64,000 nt of DNA. Origin: Catajapyx aquilonaris. Its lineage: Eukaryota. Shown here one piece after another: positions 29,071 to 43,350 of the stretch. Below the pieces are notes generated by a model, which was not told the origin of the DNA, did no database searches, and saw only the letters and a list, made by a program, of their open reading frames with translations. Both the position numbers and the translations under genes were made by a program. Within the stretch, counting starts at the first letter, position 1. Each line of letters opens with the position of its first letter. The stretch covers positions 1-64,000 of the forward strand of contig KZ538478.1 of NCBI GenBank assembly GCA_000934665.2, given 5' to 3'.

Positions 29071-29625
29071 GAGAGGTTCGGTGGCCGAGAGTGAAAGATC
29101 CCAGGTTCGATCACATCGAAGCAGTAGTGGTGGAGTGGATATGGTGTCCGACTGCTAATCGGGAGGTCCTGGGTTCGAGTTCAGGAGGCCGGCGATCCTG
29201 ACATTGGTTTTCTGTGGTTTTCCAAGGTCACCCCAGGAAAACCCGCACCTAGGGGTTTTCTGACCCGCACCTAGGGGGTTGTCTTGCAACCTGGCCCCCT
29301 GGGGTACTGCACACGACCCCCAACTTGATGACATTGCACTTGCACCCCCCTCATTATCCCTATCCTGTCCCCCTGCACAAATGGTGGTATTCCACTCCCC
29401 TAAGAGGGCCTAGGGCTCTAGCACGGGGTATAAAGGCCATTTCACAAAAAAAAAACGCGCGGCAAACGGCGCGCGTTGCGGCATATTTATTATTTATATT
29501 TATTATTGCCAATAATTAATAACAATTGGCGGGGCAGGCGTTTGCCGCTTGACGCTGCCGCAAAATCTTCTTGTGTTTTGGCCTTTACCCCCCAAAAAGT
29601 AAGCCTTATCACGGGGTAAAATTAA
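29069..29625 (+). mobile_element. Composite of SINE family C, SINE family B and a small Harbinger-like MITE (~29430-29586)
   Basis: Segments match 62126-62494 and 54691-54990; aaaggcca...tggccttt inverted ends; a further family C fragment on the minus strand at ~32625-32770. Confidence 0.7.
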
Positions 29626-31351
29626 TTAATAATCATAATCATAATAGCTACGTCTCTCTTTGACATACCGGTACTGGCAAAAAAAAACACGTTTGATCTG
29701 ATCAAGCTTGACCGAAGCTATATAGGCCCACTCTACCACTGCCGCAGAGAACCTCTAACAATGAAGAGATGAGGTGGTCATGGCGTGTACAGAATGTGGT
29801 TGTCCTTTGTGGGTGCACCTGGCTAGGGGATTTCCATTGGATACCTCGTCCCGTTCGGACATGCTTTGTTCACAACGCTCCCACAACCGCAGGGCCTGGG
29901 ATCCTTTGCTCTTCACGACGTCACTGCCCTAGCCTACGTACAAAAAAAAGTAGGAGCTACAGGTACTATCAAGGTAAAAAATAATGAATTTAAAGTAAAG
30001 TAGATGGGCCTCGTGGCTATTAGGATGGAGGCATAGAAACATTTACAAAAATCGTTCCATTCTCCAAATCTGTCCTAGCTGATAATACCCTCTCCCATTA
30101 GCCAACACTACCTTTTAATGACTTGTTTCCGCGATCCAGAATAGGTTTGTAAATTATAATAATCACATGGCACTGACACTTAATTATTGAAGGCAAACGA
30201 AAGAGCTCAGCTGGTGCATATCCATAACAACGAGCCTCCCTTTACGCCATGTGAAGTAACGAGGTCCTTTTTTCATAACGGAACATTAGGAAGTTATCAC
30301 GAACTCCAGGGAAATCTTCTTGAGCGAAAAAGAGTTGGGTTGGGGAGGAGGTAAGGGGAGAGGGGACTTTTTTTGGGTGGTAGGGTGGCATGGAGAGAGG
30401 TGCATTAAAAGAGCGTTAATTCGCAAATCCGCATGAAGGGGATTAGGAAAAGAAAGTGGGCGTGGCGACAGCTATGGGCATGCCAGGGTGTAGCCAAATT
30501 AAGTTATCAAGGGTGCCAGCTGTTAGCCTCAATGTTATCGGAACGTTCCTTCTGACAAGCTTTAAGGGATGTTGATATCCTTGTCTTTTTTGGCCCTTTA
30601 CCCGCCGCTATTAAAATCGTAAATTTTAGCCTCAGGGTAACATAAATCATGGCTTAGTAAAAGCACTTGTTGAAGTCTAGCCTCCTAAATATCCCAGGAT
30701 GTTAATTGTGCCCCCTCCCCGTGAGGCATTTGGACCACCCAGGGTATAGTATCGGACCTTGCCAGCAGGGTATTTCCCCTTCCACTTCAGATTCCTATAC
30801 ACGTTTCATATTGTATCATGCGAGTTCTCAATATCCTGATTACCAAGCTGTATATACTGTAGTTTGGGCTGTGGCCAGGATATTGTCATGGCCCAAAGGT
30901 CACATAAGCCCTCAATCGGGTACATAGTGCACCGCTAACGAGTCGTGTGTGCCCTTTGTTTTGCCTATGAAGTGTTAGCGGGGGCCCTACAGTAGTGCAG
31001 GCGGGTTAGGTTCTGTTGGATTGGAGTGGCATTCAATAAGTATGGGCAGTTCGGTACCAAAACAACGAGTGTGGTGCGCTCAAAGGATAGAGCACAGCAC
31101 AAGCTAACTAGGCAGTAAATGTATCTAGTGAAGCCGCAAGCAATAGTTTGTAATTGGCTGGCGTTTACCCGCATGTTGCTGTAGTGTAACTCACTCAAAA
31201 AATTTGTTCAAAAAATGTATAGGATGGAAGACTTCTAAAAGTGGTCCAATAACTGATCCTCGTCAGTCACCAGCAGCAATTAGCTAATTATCATTACTGT
31301 TATGGTTATAGGGTTCTATGGTATTTTTCCAGGTGTAAGTAAAATAGTGTA

Positions 31352-31408
31352 CTATATACGCCAAATTGTTTCATACCCCGGGGGTATGAAACAATTTGGC
31401 GTATATAG
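31352..31408. repeat. Perfect 57-bp palindrome
   Basis: CTATATACGCCAAATTGTTTCATACCCC-G-GGGGTATGAAACAATTTGGCGTATATAG. Confidence 0.95.
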
Positions 31409-34400
31409 ACATAAATATCAAGCAGGACACTAGTTATTCAATGTAAGATATGCCCAAAAAATGATGGTAATGCACTACATTTTAGTAGCGCATTCAAACA
31501 TGGCTGACCACATGGTAGTGGAAAAAAATACACTATATCGCACGACAGTTTCTCTATATGGTCAATATATTAAGTAAGATGTCAAGCGAGGTCAATTCTC
31601 ACACAAAAACGTGAGGTGAATTTATATATCAAGGGTTGTCCAGCAAGGAAAAAAACGCTGCTTACAAAAATGGATCATTTACGAGGGGGAATCAAATGAA
31701 AACGATAATTATTTTTTACAATTGTTGTACTATAATAATGATTGTGACAACTACACTGTAGTTGTCAGTAACCGGAAAGTACTAGGCTACAATTGTGTAG
31801 CATCTCAAAATATAACTGTTTATTTTCCTCTATATGGTTACTGGCAATCAGTTCAATAAGTCGAACATTTTTAAGCAGTTTCCTCTTGAATAGACTCTGG
31901 GAAGATTAGGATACTATGTCATTGGAATAGTAAACTATAAAGAACTTTTTGTAATGACCAACAACACAATTATAGATTTTAAAGGTCATTACCCTTGATC
32001 AGTCATAATTCGTACGTTTAAAATAAGGCTCTTATTATCTACAACATGACAATTTCATTGTTTTAATGAAATTGAGATGTGCTGCAGTTACTTGGTATGC
32101 ATAGAGATGCGCCAATTATCTCCTGCACGGGAAAGTTTCGATAGGCCTCGAGGAGGAGGATGAAAGTGGCCGATGATGTCACGAATTACTTTTAAATCCT
32201 TAAATCCTATATCCAAATTAATTAATTACTACTTTGGTAAAAGTTGAACATCCAATGCATAATAAATGTCTAAGCTTCTTCACTTTTCATGGAATTTTCC
32301 ATGACTATGAACAGATAGTTACGTATGTTTTCCTTGACATTTCCCCCATCAGATCATCAATTATTACACTACATGACAAGGATCACAATTCAGAAGTGTT
32401 TCTCAAGAAAATATTCATTAGGATAAAAGTAGTTCATTTGCTTCACACTTCCGACAGATATGACTTACGTTCAAATTTATGCATAACTTATATACAGGGA
32501 GCTTTGACCTAACTAGCTAAGGTCCAATACAAATTAACACAATCGAAACAAATTAAGGTCAAATCTCTGATTATGTATGATATCCACAATAACAATCAGG
32601 TATTAATTTCCTTGATTTTTTTGTTATACTCCGTGCTAGGGCCCTCTTAGGGGAGTGGAATACCACCATCGGTGCAGGGGACAGNNNNNNNNNNNNNNNN
32701 GGGGGGGGGGGGCACTGGTGCAATTGCAATGCCATCAAGTTGGGGGTCCTGTGAAGTCTCTCAGGGGGCCATTTTTCCTTAATATTAGTGTTGATACAAC
32801 CTGATGTATGAACCAGAAGTATAAATATTTAAGGGAAAATCTCCGATTATGTGTACACTGCTGGTTTAAAACACACAATCTGCAACTTTTTTAAAAAAAC
32901 TTGTGCGATACAAACGGCCAAAATATAAATCCCATAAAACACTAATTAAACACAAAAAGGGAGACTAATCTCGGGTCGATTCGTCCTGGAATCGCTCTAG
33001 GCTCTACTAGGGGGAAAATCCCGGAAGTAAGGCGTGACTTAGCGGATCCGGCTCGTGCTACTTGTTTGCCCATATGTGCTTTATTTTGGTTCTCCCAACA
33101 GGCTTAAAGGCGGTTTACTAGTGGCTGGAATGCTAATAAAAACGAAAGCTCTGATATAAATAGAAAGACGAAGTATTCTTTGGTCACGAACCACCCTTGA
33201 TTACATATTTCCTCATTTTTGCTAAATTCGAGTGGGACTCAAAAATTTTAATTCCGAAAAAAAATATCATCACTCAGAATCGACACTTTTAAAATTATGC
33301 TGTATCAATATCACTCATAACCAAAAACGTATGTATGGTTGAAACACTCTATATCCTGGGTGTAAATAGTGAATGGTTTATGCACCTCTGTGAACATTTT
33401 TATGCGTTTCAAATTTGCAGTGCTCGCCTCAAAAAAACAAAAATAGGAAACGCGTGCATTTTGATTCCTCCCGAGAATATACGCGATTTACGACCCAAAT
33501 TTTAGCGACGCCATAGATCCATCACATAGGCTACTCCGGCAGTTCCATCTTTCATCCTGATCAACATGCCAGCAGTATGATCCGAAAATGCACTTCCAAA
33601 ATTCCATAGCTTTTGATTTGGCCTGCCCCTTTTAAAGCGGGCAAGGCGCGACGATATGTGTCAGCTGGGATTCCACCCAATCCTTTTTCCTTTGACATGT
33701 GTCCTGGAAGTAATACGTCGGGCAATTGGACCGCAGCGATTAGTTAATTGCCTGTTAAGGCGGCGAGACGAAGTGTGTTGAAAAGTCATTAGAGGGCGGG
33801 AGAGACGGGGGGTCGAAAAAGCGGGCGGAAAGGGAACGAACTGAGGACAAACGTCTCCAAGGCATCACTCAGACGATTGGCAAAAGTGTGTTTTTTTTTA
33901 TCAGACACAGTTTGGACACAGTTGCTGATGAAATATTTTTGCTGCCCTCTAATCTGCGGGACCTGAAATAAGTCACAAGCTAACTGGATCTTGCTGGCAT
34001 TTTTCTTATTTATTTTTTTCTTCAGCTAGGTCCAATCTTGTTTCCTGGATCCGATACTGGGACGTGCAGTGTGAGTTGGGTCAGACGTGACTTAGAGGAA
34101 GACACATTTCGGTGGAGTCTAACAGGCACGATAGTCTTGCTCTTAAGCTTAGAATACGGTACTTCGGGTTGGACTTATACGAAAAGGTTGATGGTGCATG
34201 TGCAATAAGTCGATCAATATTTTTTTTCATAACGTGGGTCAACTCTATATAGTGGCTGTCTCGTAAAACTACTTTCATTCTTTACAATACGGAAAATTAC
34301 ATTGTTGAGTTTTAGATGGTATTCCATACCCAGCAAAAGCACTGTTATGTCCATAAAATGAGGAGGCTAATATTACAATTTTAAGCTGTCAGACACAAAC

Positions 34401-37400
34401 ATAAACGCCCGCGGTTCTTTTGGTTACAGTACCATAACTTTTATGTAATTATTACCTACGGCCCTATTACGGTCATACAAATTTGCTGCAAGCCTATACA
34501 TTTACGAATACTACTAGATTGGAGCAATTAAATACCTATTGTTGCTGATTGAATAGCAAATGTTGACGTAACTGATGACCCTGTACTAACACACGGTAAT
34601 GCGCATCATAGTGAACCACCGACCGTGCAACTTGCATTTTGCATTCCTAATAAATTATTTAATTCTTCGCTGGCAAAGCTACAGGGGTGCTAGAATTCAA
34701 AATGCTGCACGTTACTAAATTAATACAAATATTCATATTGCCATTTGTCCATGTAGCCTATACACTACAAAAATCGAATTTCTTGAACTAAATCCACCAA
34801 TTTATACCATTTTTTTGTCTCGATCGTTTTCCTCATTGCCCCCGCCATTGCCCCACCCTGGCTTCGTTCATGCCTACTTCTGGTAATACATAAAAAAATA
34901 TGCTTACAAAACCCATTAATTAAACATATTGAAGATGGCAGCACAATGAGAGAATGGTTCGGCAAAAATACATCTAGGTTCAAGATTTGAAAAGATGCCT
35001 TCCAAAGTGACCTATCTTCATTTAACTATTCACGCGGGAGGCAACTTTTCTGCTGCACTAGGAGTCAAATGCACCTTTCCGAAACACTGGTAATCACCTG
35101 AGAAAAAAAAGTCCATACGACATATGTCAACTCAATAGGTTTTACGAATATCATTTGGCTATACCGTATTTGATTCCTTTCCTCCAGAAAAAAATAAGAA
35201 AAATCAAAAGCAAATTGGTCGCTTTGTTACTGCACTTCTTTATTTTATACTGTAATTCCATTGAAACAATTAGTGAGTCTCCTTTATTCCAACAGCATCT
35301 TGAAACAAATCGAGCACTTGCCCTCTCGGCACCACTCGTTTGACTTCAGCCTGAGCACCCACTTATTAATGTTATCAAAGCTGAGGGGCATCTTATTTTT
35401 GCCAGTTGCACTTGGCACGACTTTTTGGTACATCCCACCTGTTGGACAATATTTCAAGAGCTTATTCCACTTATCACACCACCATACTATTTCTAAGTTT
35501 GAGGACGTGATGCTGAAAAGCGGGAGAGGAACTACTCTTATTAATGTTTAGTTTGGCGTAGGTCCGTTGAGGGTATAAATCAGAGAAGAAAGGTTTGCAT
35601 TTCATATATTATATGCCAGGAATGTTGAAAAGAGAAGGAGATGGAAATATCTACTGCGCGTTTATATATATGCGTCAGAAAAAAAAATAAAGGAAAATAA
35701 CATCTCATGAGGTATTTTGGTATAGCAAACATGAGCTTTTTTCTTTACAAAATAGACTAGATTTTTTTTAATTTTTTTTTTTTACTTCAGAGCAACAAAA
35801 GTGGCATGGCGTGACGGAGAATTTATGTCAAGCATCTGTTCCGTGCTTCCGCGTTTACAGTTCCTTTCACAAAAGGTGGCCCACGTGAGCTCTAATAGAG
35901 CAGAAAAGTGCATTAGAGGATGAATTTCCAAGGTGAATTTACTTTGGAGACATCGATTGTCGTCAAGAAATAGAAGGCAAGTGAACAAATCAGGGCTAAG
36001 CCATTAAGAGATTGTTCACTATCGGATGATATGTTGACATGACTCTCGTGCACTGGAATTCAATCTGGTGCGAGAGGTTATCAAACAGTTTTACTGTTTT
36101 TGAGCCGTTTTTGGTCTATGAGAATTATGCTGACTAATATATACATGCTGCTAATTAAAACATACCACAATTCAATCGAAAATATTAGTAATTTAGCAAT
36201 AGCGAAAACCACCGTCTTCTCCTGACGTTCTTAATATTGGTACGTACAATAGTAATTTCTGCTTTCTCATTAGTCTAATAACCTAATATCTGGAATTCAT
36301 ATACGTGACTTGGACTTATCAATATCGGTGACGTTCATTACTGAATATAGGTGTAGGAGTTTCTACAAAATGGGATGCATCACATTAGTTACTTAATATT
36401 TTCATTCCAATTTGTAAAGGCATAGACAAAAACTCAGGAAAAATGGCAACAACCGCTGTTGCGTGCGTGTGTGTGGTGTGTGTGTGTGTGTCAGACAAAT
36501 CCCAGGATAAAATCGCATCAAGTCGTCGACTTGGCACGCGAATTGATTGAGGACAAATCGAAAAACTTCGTAACAAATGAGAACAAATCGAGCGAAAATG
36601 AACAGCTGCGGCATGTTTGTAATAGAAAATAACACCATGCTCATGTGGCGGGTATAAGTTACTCATTGTTCTATATATTTCTTGCTAACCACTCTCCCTA
36701 AATAATTTCCTCATCACCACAATAATTTGTCCATGAGCGTTTTCAATATGACAAAAAAATATTTTAGCTATAGGGCCTACATACCGCAGGAAGGAAGGAT
36801 ATATAGCAATGTGGGAAGTTGAAAATATAAGAGTTTGAAAAATGTCCAGAGCTTCCCTTCGCTTTGGCGACCAAATGCTTGCGAATTCTTTGGAACCAGA
36901 GTGAGACGGAAAGGCAGAGAAGGAATTTGGCCTCCAGCACGGAGAAGACTGTTCCGGTCGCTTCTCCCGGAGGAAATCAGGAAATAACCATGGGGGAAAA
37001 GATCTTCAAATCCGGCTATACTACCCTTCACAGCTGTATCTGCAGGGGCCTCCTGTGATCTAAGCGAAGCCAGCCATCATAAACTACAGACTGCAGACGG
37101 AAAAAAATCTCAAAATACATTTTGAGAGAAAAATAGTCCAAACTAAGAATGTGAGGAAACATTCGCTACAATGCCATTGACGCTGGTCTGTTCGAGAATC
37201 TTCGCAATCCACGACACGCATCCTTCCTTTTCTATTCAGCCTTGAATAGAATCAGGTCTAGTTGTGGTGATACACATGGTTGTTTTGCCGTTTGTGTTGG
37301 TGGTGATATGCAACCGGCCAACCGCTATTTTGGACTCAGTCAGATTCTCAATATCAGTTATCGACACTGTAAATTACCCACGGCATATGTAAGGTAATTT

Positions 37401-38243
37401 TAACTGTCGCTCCTTGCCATCTAGCGGTTATTTGACGCGCCAATGCTTGAGTCCAGCAACCACAACTACATTTCACTATAGTTAGGTCCGAAACCCATCT
37501 GCAAAGCCTCAGTCCTGTCTAATATTCCACGATAATAAAGTGTGTAGTCTACCCATTAAAATAATAATATTGATAAAAAAAGAGAGGGATAAGAAATTTG
37601 TGATCAAAGGCAAGGCAGCGGTAAATACCATGTGGAGAATAACATTAACAAAGTATAGTTCAATTACGGGCGTCCTGAAATTATTTCGGAGTAGAGTGAT
37701 CACAACTTTACACTATGCAACACCATTAGTGGAACTAAATCAAACTTACACCATTCAATCAGTTCATATTAATTTTAAAGACATCTATCACTATCTGAAT
37801 CAACGGCAAATGCACACGTCCCACTGGAAACAGAATAAACTCTAATAATATTGATGAACAATGAACGCCATCTATTAAATTTTGAAATAAACCATATCAA
37901 ACCGATACAACACTAGCGTAAATATTCCATACGAACCTGATAAAAAGAGCGCTTAGGCATAATACGGTATCACAAGCACAGAACAAATTTGGTTTAACAA
38001 CCAAGAATTATTTAATTTCAAACTCATCTCATTCAAATGAATTACAAAATGCAATATAAAGAGTAGTTGATAATTCAATTCAAATGAATCATTAAGAAAC
38101 TGCAGAACACTCACACTAAAATATTTACTTAACTTAAATCCGATTTGGACACGCCCCATGTTCAAAGATATTGGAGTAGAATAAGCTTAGGCGACAGATC
38201 TCTTTACCTCCATAAAAATCAAATAAGATCGACCACAACCACA

Positions 38244-38472
38244 TTTGGTGTTACCTGCTTGTGAACAAATGTGGTTGTCTATCGTTGTCTAACTTTTGGC
38301 TATCACCTGTTCCTTGTGTCATGATCTGATTGCATTCGACGATGATCATTATGGAACATTAATTTTGATTAGTTTTGTTCACAAGCAGGTAACACCAAAA
38401 CTAATCAAAACTTCCATAATGATCATCGTCGAATGCAATCAGATCATGACACAAGGAACAGGTGATAGCCAA
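38244..38472. repeat. Nested inverted repeats: hairpin whose loop is complementary to upstream sequence
   Basis: Arms 38295-38376 and 38397-38472; 38374-38399 is the exact reverse complement of 38244-38269. Confidence 0.9.
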
Positions 38473-39501
38473 ACGTCAAAAATATCCCATCAAACTGGAC
38501 ATCGTCGAACACAACTGATACAATCCAAACTTACACTTAGGCTCTACAGGTCAACCCCATTTGGAAACTAACCAAATGCATAAATAAATAACGATATCCA
38601 TAACCGTACCGGAAACTCATCCAACAAGCAGGTCTTTTGACCATAAGCCTTTACATCCTCCCATGCCTTTCTTTTTCTATCAACTCTATTCTACACGCTC
38701 CAGTTGCCAAATTGTGGCAAAACGTGATCCTCCATGTAATGCATCAAGACCTTCTCTCAAGCCGGACAGCAAACATTTAATAGGTGGCTCTAGTCCAATT
38801 TTAACTGCCCCCACCATAGGAAGCACTTTGCACACAAACCCGAATCGTCGGAACGTATAAAAAAAAGGAGGTCGCCTCGCTTCCATGAACTTAAAATGGC
38901 GGCTTGGGAGAGAAGCTGCGTGGCTGGTCTGATTCTTCTGGACACTAAGCTGCATAAAAGAATAAAGGGGCTGCTATCGAGTGAATCATTGAGGGAGGCA
39001 GGAGGAAGTGGAAAACGAGCGTGGACCCAGAGTGTGAGCATAAAATAATTAGAGGTGAGAGTCCGGAGGAATGGGGGACTTAGAGGCCCTGCAGCTCATC
39101 TCCAGTGCACTCTTTCCAGGCCTCGCCATCTTCAATGACATGCCTATATTTTAGCCTCTACGCCCATTCGGGCGTCGCCCCGTACGCCATTAAACCCCCC
39201 TAGGCGATGTCCAAGAGGCCCTAAATGTCCGGTGGAGCCTGAGCCATGGTCCAATAGGACGGAAGGAAAGGGGAAAAGTCGGTTTTTCTAGGGCCATATG
39301 TCCCATGTTGTCTGCACACACTAGCATACTGGTGAGCTCCAGTACCTTCAGGTTGACTGTGAGAGAGGTGTTGGAACATCATTTTTTTTTTTACCTTTTG
39401 AAACACATGAAACAGTTGCCAGTTCTGTACGTATTATGCGATAATATGCATACAAAACCATAACTAGCAGCTGCTTCAAAATACTGTATGCAGCTGGTAG
39501 G

Positions 39502-39659
39502 TACTATCGGGTTCAAATACTTTTGGCCACTTTATCCTGGTCTTGAAGCAACCCTTCGCACAGACCCCACGTTAATGCGGTGTGTGTGTGTGTGGGTGTG
39601 TGTGAAGGGTTGCTTCAAGATCATGATAAAGTGGCCAAAAGTATTTGAACCCGATAGTA
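39502..39659. mobile_element. TA-flanked palindromic MITE
   Basis: ~60-bp inverted arms TACTATCGGGTTCAAATACTTTTGGCCACTTTATC..., TG-rich centre. Confidence 0.8.
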
Positions 39660-39710
39660 CATGGTGTAAAAAAATGCCTTGTACCCCGGCAAGCAGCGCA
39701 CATGCCGACT

Positions 39711-39865
39711 GATAGAGTGCGAGCCTTGGTGCGAGCCGTGCGAATCAGAAGAGGTAGGCCTTGGGTGACGTCACCGTCTGGAGGACAATGGAGAAAATGC
39801 TTGGACCCAGCCGGTGACGTCACCCAAGGCCTACTATTTCTTTCTCGCACGGCTCGCACTCTATC
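39711..39865. mobile_element. Palindromic MITE-like element
   Basis: GATAGAGTGCGAGCC termini and internal inverted GTAGGCCTTGGGTGACGTCACCG. Confidence 0.65.
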
Positions 39866-42800
39866 ACTTCGATTTGCACGTCTGCCGCTTCGGAAATGTC
39901 GCTATCAGTATGACGCGATTAATGTCCAACACTGTACAGTATAGGCCTACTAAATCTATTTACATCTGGCATGGTATTACATCAACAGTAATCAAATTAT
40001 TATCTAAATAAGCTGTCAGTAAAGAGTGTAGGCTACTTACTTCTTAATAAGGACGAGTAAGTCAGTGACGGATTTCGCGAGCAAATAAATAAGGAGTCCT
40101 TATGGATCAAGCTGACAAAATAATAATGTCAGTAATACTATGAAGCCTGTGTAAAATACACGTGGATTTTCAGGCAAATGTTGTGAAATATCAGGTGTGT
40201 ACTTGCAAGAGCAGTGATCACATCTGGAGTGATAAGGAATATTACTTGCAATCAAGTCTTACGAAATGCTTGATCGAAGACAGAAAATTCTAGCACGAGC
40301 AAAGGAATTGTGTTGGATTCCAGAATATCCAACAGAAAAATTCACATGGCATAATTTTCTTTATCTCAGATGTACTGCACCCGTACAGTATCATATTGGT
40401 TTGCAGCCCTTACGCAATTGCTGACATTCTTGGCCGTACATTATGACGTTTTCCGGCCTTCTTATAATGCAATATTTTACCAATTACTGTATATGGTTTG
40501 AAATTTTAAACCTGGGCCTTCGAGCAAATAATTTAAATGGATTTACATCATGTCAACCCAATCCCATTATTTGCAATTTGCATTAAATTACCCAAGTTTA
40601 CAACTTCATATGACTCCTTACAACGATCGCTTTTGAAACAGGTATATAATACTGTAAATAAAATAATTAATAAATAAAGAGCTCCACTTTGCACCAACGT
40701 TTATTAGCAAGTGTGCTTAAATGTTTATAAATTATTCAGTACTGCTCTTATCTAGCTAAAATATTTAAAGACGTGTAATATTCGATCCAACCTCCTACAA
40801 TTTAGATGATGTATTGCACATGGCCAAGTGTCACAGGGTCTCAACCGTTGGCAGAATTTTACTTCAATAGCACCACTCACATCGAACTTTTTTATATACC
40901 GGTACTGGTAGGTAAAACATGTCTACATCTCACGAGCGTCCATGAACAGAGTAGCACTTAAGTCATGGCCTGGTTTTGCAGTAAAAAGAATATTCAAATG
41001 TATAAAAATTGGCATATAATCTATATTGCATTCAGATAATATTAATCAAAATTTATTTTTAATGAATTGTCAAAACAGTATCTGAATATCCCATAATTCA
41101 ACTTATTCCCCAATTTCGTAAAAGCTTCTCTCATTACGTACTATACTTGCTCAAATCCAAAAGATAAATAATACGGTATCATACCATGCTTCCCCAACGT
41201 AGCCTAATCACTGTCATAGTCTGAGACTATTATTTTCACATATCACAATATTACACATGGTGGCACGTCCAACTTACCTTAATTGTGACCATGCCAAGCA
41301 AAGCATGAGTAGTACATGTTTTAGTGTTAATCTATTTTGGCATATTCCAGTACTACCATGGTCAAATTAGTGCATTTGTGCGCAGGTTGGTTTGACCCGT
41401 GGTTTGACCAAAATGACTCGAAGCTTTCTATTCTAGGTGGAACAAACATCACTTTCCGGCAAATCATTAAAAATGCGCAAGAAATAATGCGTAAGAAATC
41501 GATTGCGAAAAAGCAGGTCTATAATGAGCTATAACATAATTATAGTACGATATAGGCTCGTACATTAAACAACAGTTTCGTGCAGGCAACATTATGCTTG
41601 CTCTTTTGTCGTCCTTTCTATCCTGGGTCACCATACAGGTGCAACGTCTCCAACACTATGTACCGAACGACTATGACCTTGCCTGATTGTCCAATGCTGC
41701 AATTCTTGCAATTTGTAGCTCCACTGTGTATAATTATACTAATACTACTGTACATGGACTTGCACATTTGCTGTTCACAACAATAGCCATCATTGCACCA
41801 CTGCACCCAACTGCACCGTGCTTCCCACGCATTTTGCACTTCATGATGCCCTCAACAAGAACCGATCACTATATTCCCACATTAGCAGTCCAGGCCATTA
41901 GAACTCATCCTTATCTGTACCTGTAACTTTCGACATACCTGACCGATTATAGCACGTGGATGTAGAGTGCACACCATAATTGAGCAGCTCACCTGTACTC
42001 AGTGCTGCCAAAGTAGTGGTGGAGTCAAAACTCTCTCACAGTACGGTACATCCTCGTACATTCTTGATAGCATTTGCCTAAATGCTGCGGTCTGGTTCCA
42101 GTCCTGAATGATGGAGCAGTGTGCCCCTTACTCCACCTCTCTATGTTGATTAAAGGCTAAACACACTTCAGGCAGTATGAACAAGGGGATCGGTTGGGCT
42201 TGCAGCCATACAAGCTCCATTTGGCCCGACTCTCATCTTTAAATTACTCGTCGGCACTAGCCAAGAGTTTCATCTAGATTTTGGCATAAAGCAGCACAGC
42301 CCTTTTCACTCATGCAGCCATAACATGAGTCAAATGCAGCCTAGATGGATGGGCCAATATCCACTTCTGGCCTCCCTTCCCCAATTTCGCCACTATGCAG
42401 CTTTCAAACGGGAAATATCTCAAGTTAGGCCAACGGTATATAAGATTGGGTTGTTATTCTCCAAGGCTTTGGGAAAAGTTTGAAAACTTGGATGAATATC
42501 GAAACGCTTTCACGTTCATCAGTAAAATTGGAGAGAGAAAGAAAAGGAGAGGGGAAAAAAACTTGTTAACGCTCCGAGTGCATATATTATACCTCTCTCA
42601 GCACGTCAAGCTTCTTCAATCTAGGTTCCGCATGTATAGTGTATACTCAGCATCGTAGTTGGTAATGTCACATTCAACAAACTTTTGAGTGGGAAAAGGA
42701 TTTTAAATTTTACTTGGGCCAATCATAGCTGCCTATGCAACAGCATTGTCATAAATGCGGTATATCAGGATGTAACACTTCGTCATCTCTTGGGAGTACT

Positions 42801-43266
42801 ACGATTTATTGGACACGGTTTTTTATATTTGGGAGGATGTGGTGGAGGAGGGAAGATCCTCCTTGTGTAAAGGTAGATATTACCTATTTTCATCCTATTG
42901 TTACCGAAAGAGGGGGAGGAATATATTCTAAAAGGCACGGTTTTCGCGGCAGTAGTAGCCTAGTTCATGCTGCAGACGCCAGGTGAGAGCACCTCTCGCT
43001 CATGTCGTGATGATGTTGGATAAGTAAGACTACGTATTTTTATTCGTGAAATAAATATTTATTTATTTATTTTTATTCGCATTCGTTTTTATACAGTATA
43101 ATTGTTCGTACTATTTTCCTCCAACTCTTCTTTTGGTGGAGGAGACATCTGATTACCACATCACAACAACCAGTGCAAGTTTAGTTAGTTTACAGTCTGT
43201 ATAAGCCTCAGTTGACAGTTTTAAATAACTCATTATTGATCATATGCTACTTCCATAACTCATTAA

Positions 43267-43350
43267 CTTCCTGAGACCTGATGTCCAATATATTGGACAT
43301 CAGCAATAAAAAGGTGTCAACTGAAATTGACGCCAAGGTCTCATAGGAGG
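43267..43350. mobile_element. Miniature piggyBac-like element
   Basis: TTAA|CTTCCTGAGACC ... GGTCTCATAGGAGG|TTAA; internal perfect palindrome CTGATGTCCAATATATTGGACATCAG. Confidence 0.6.
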
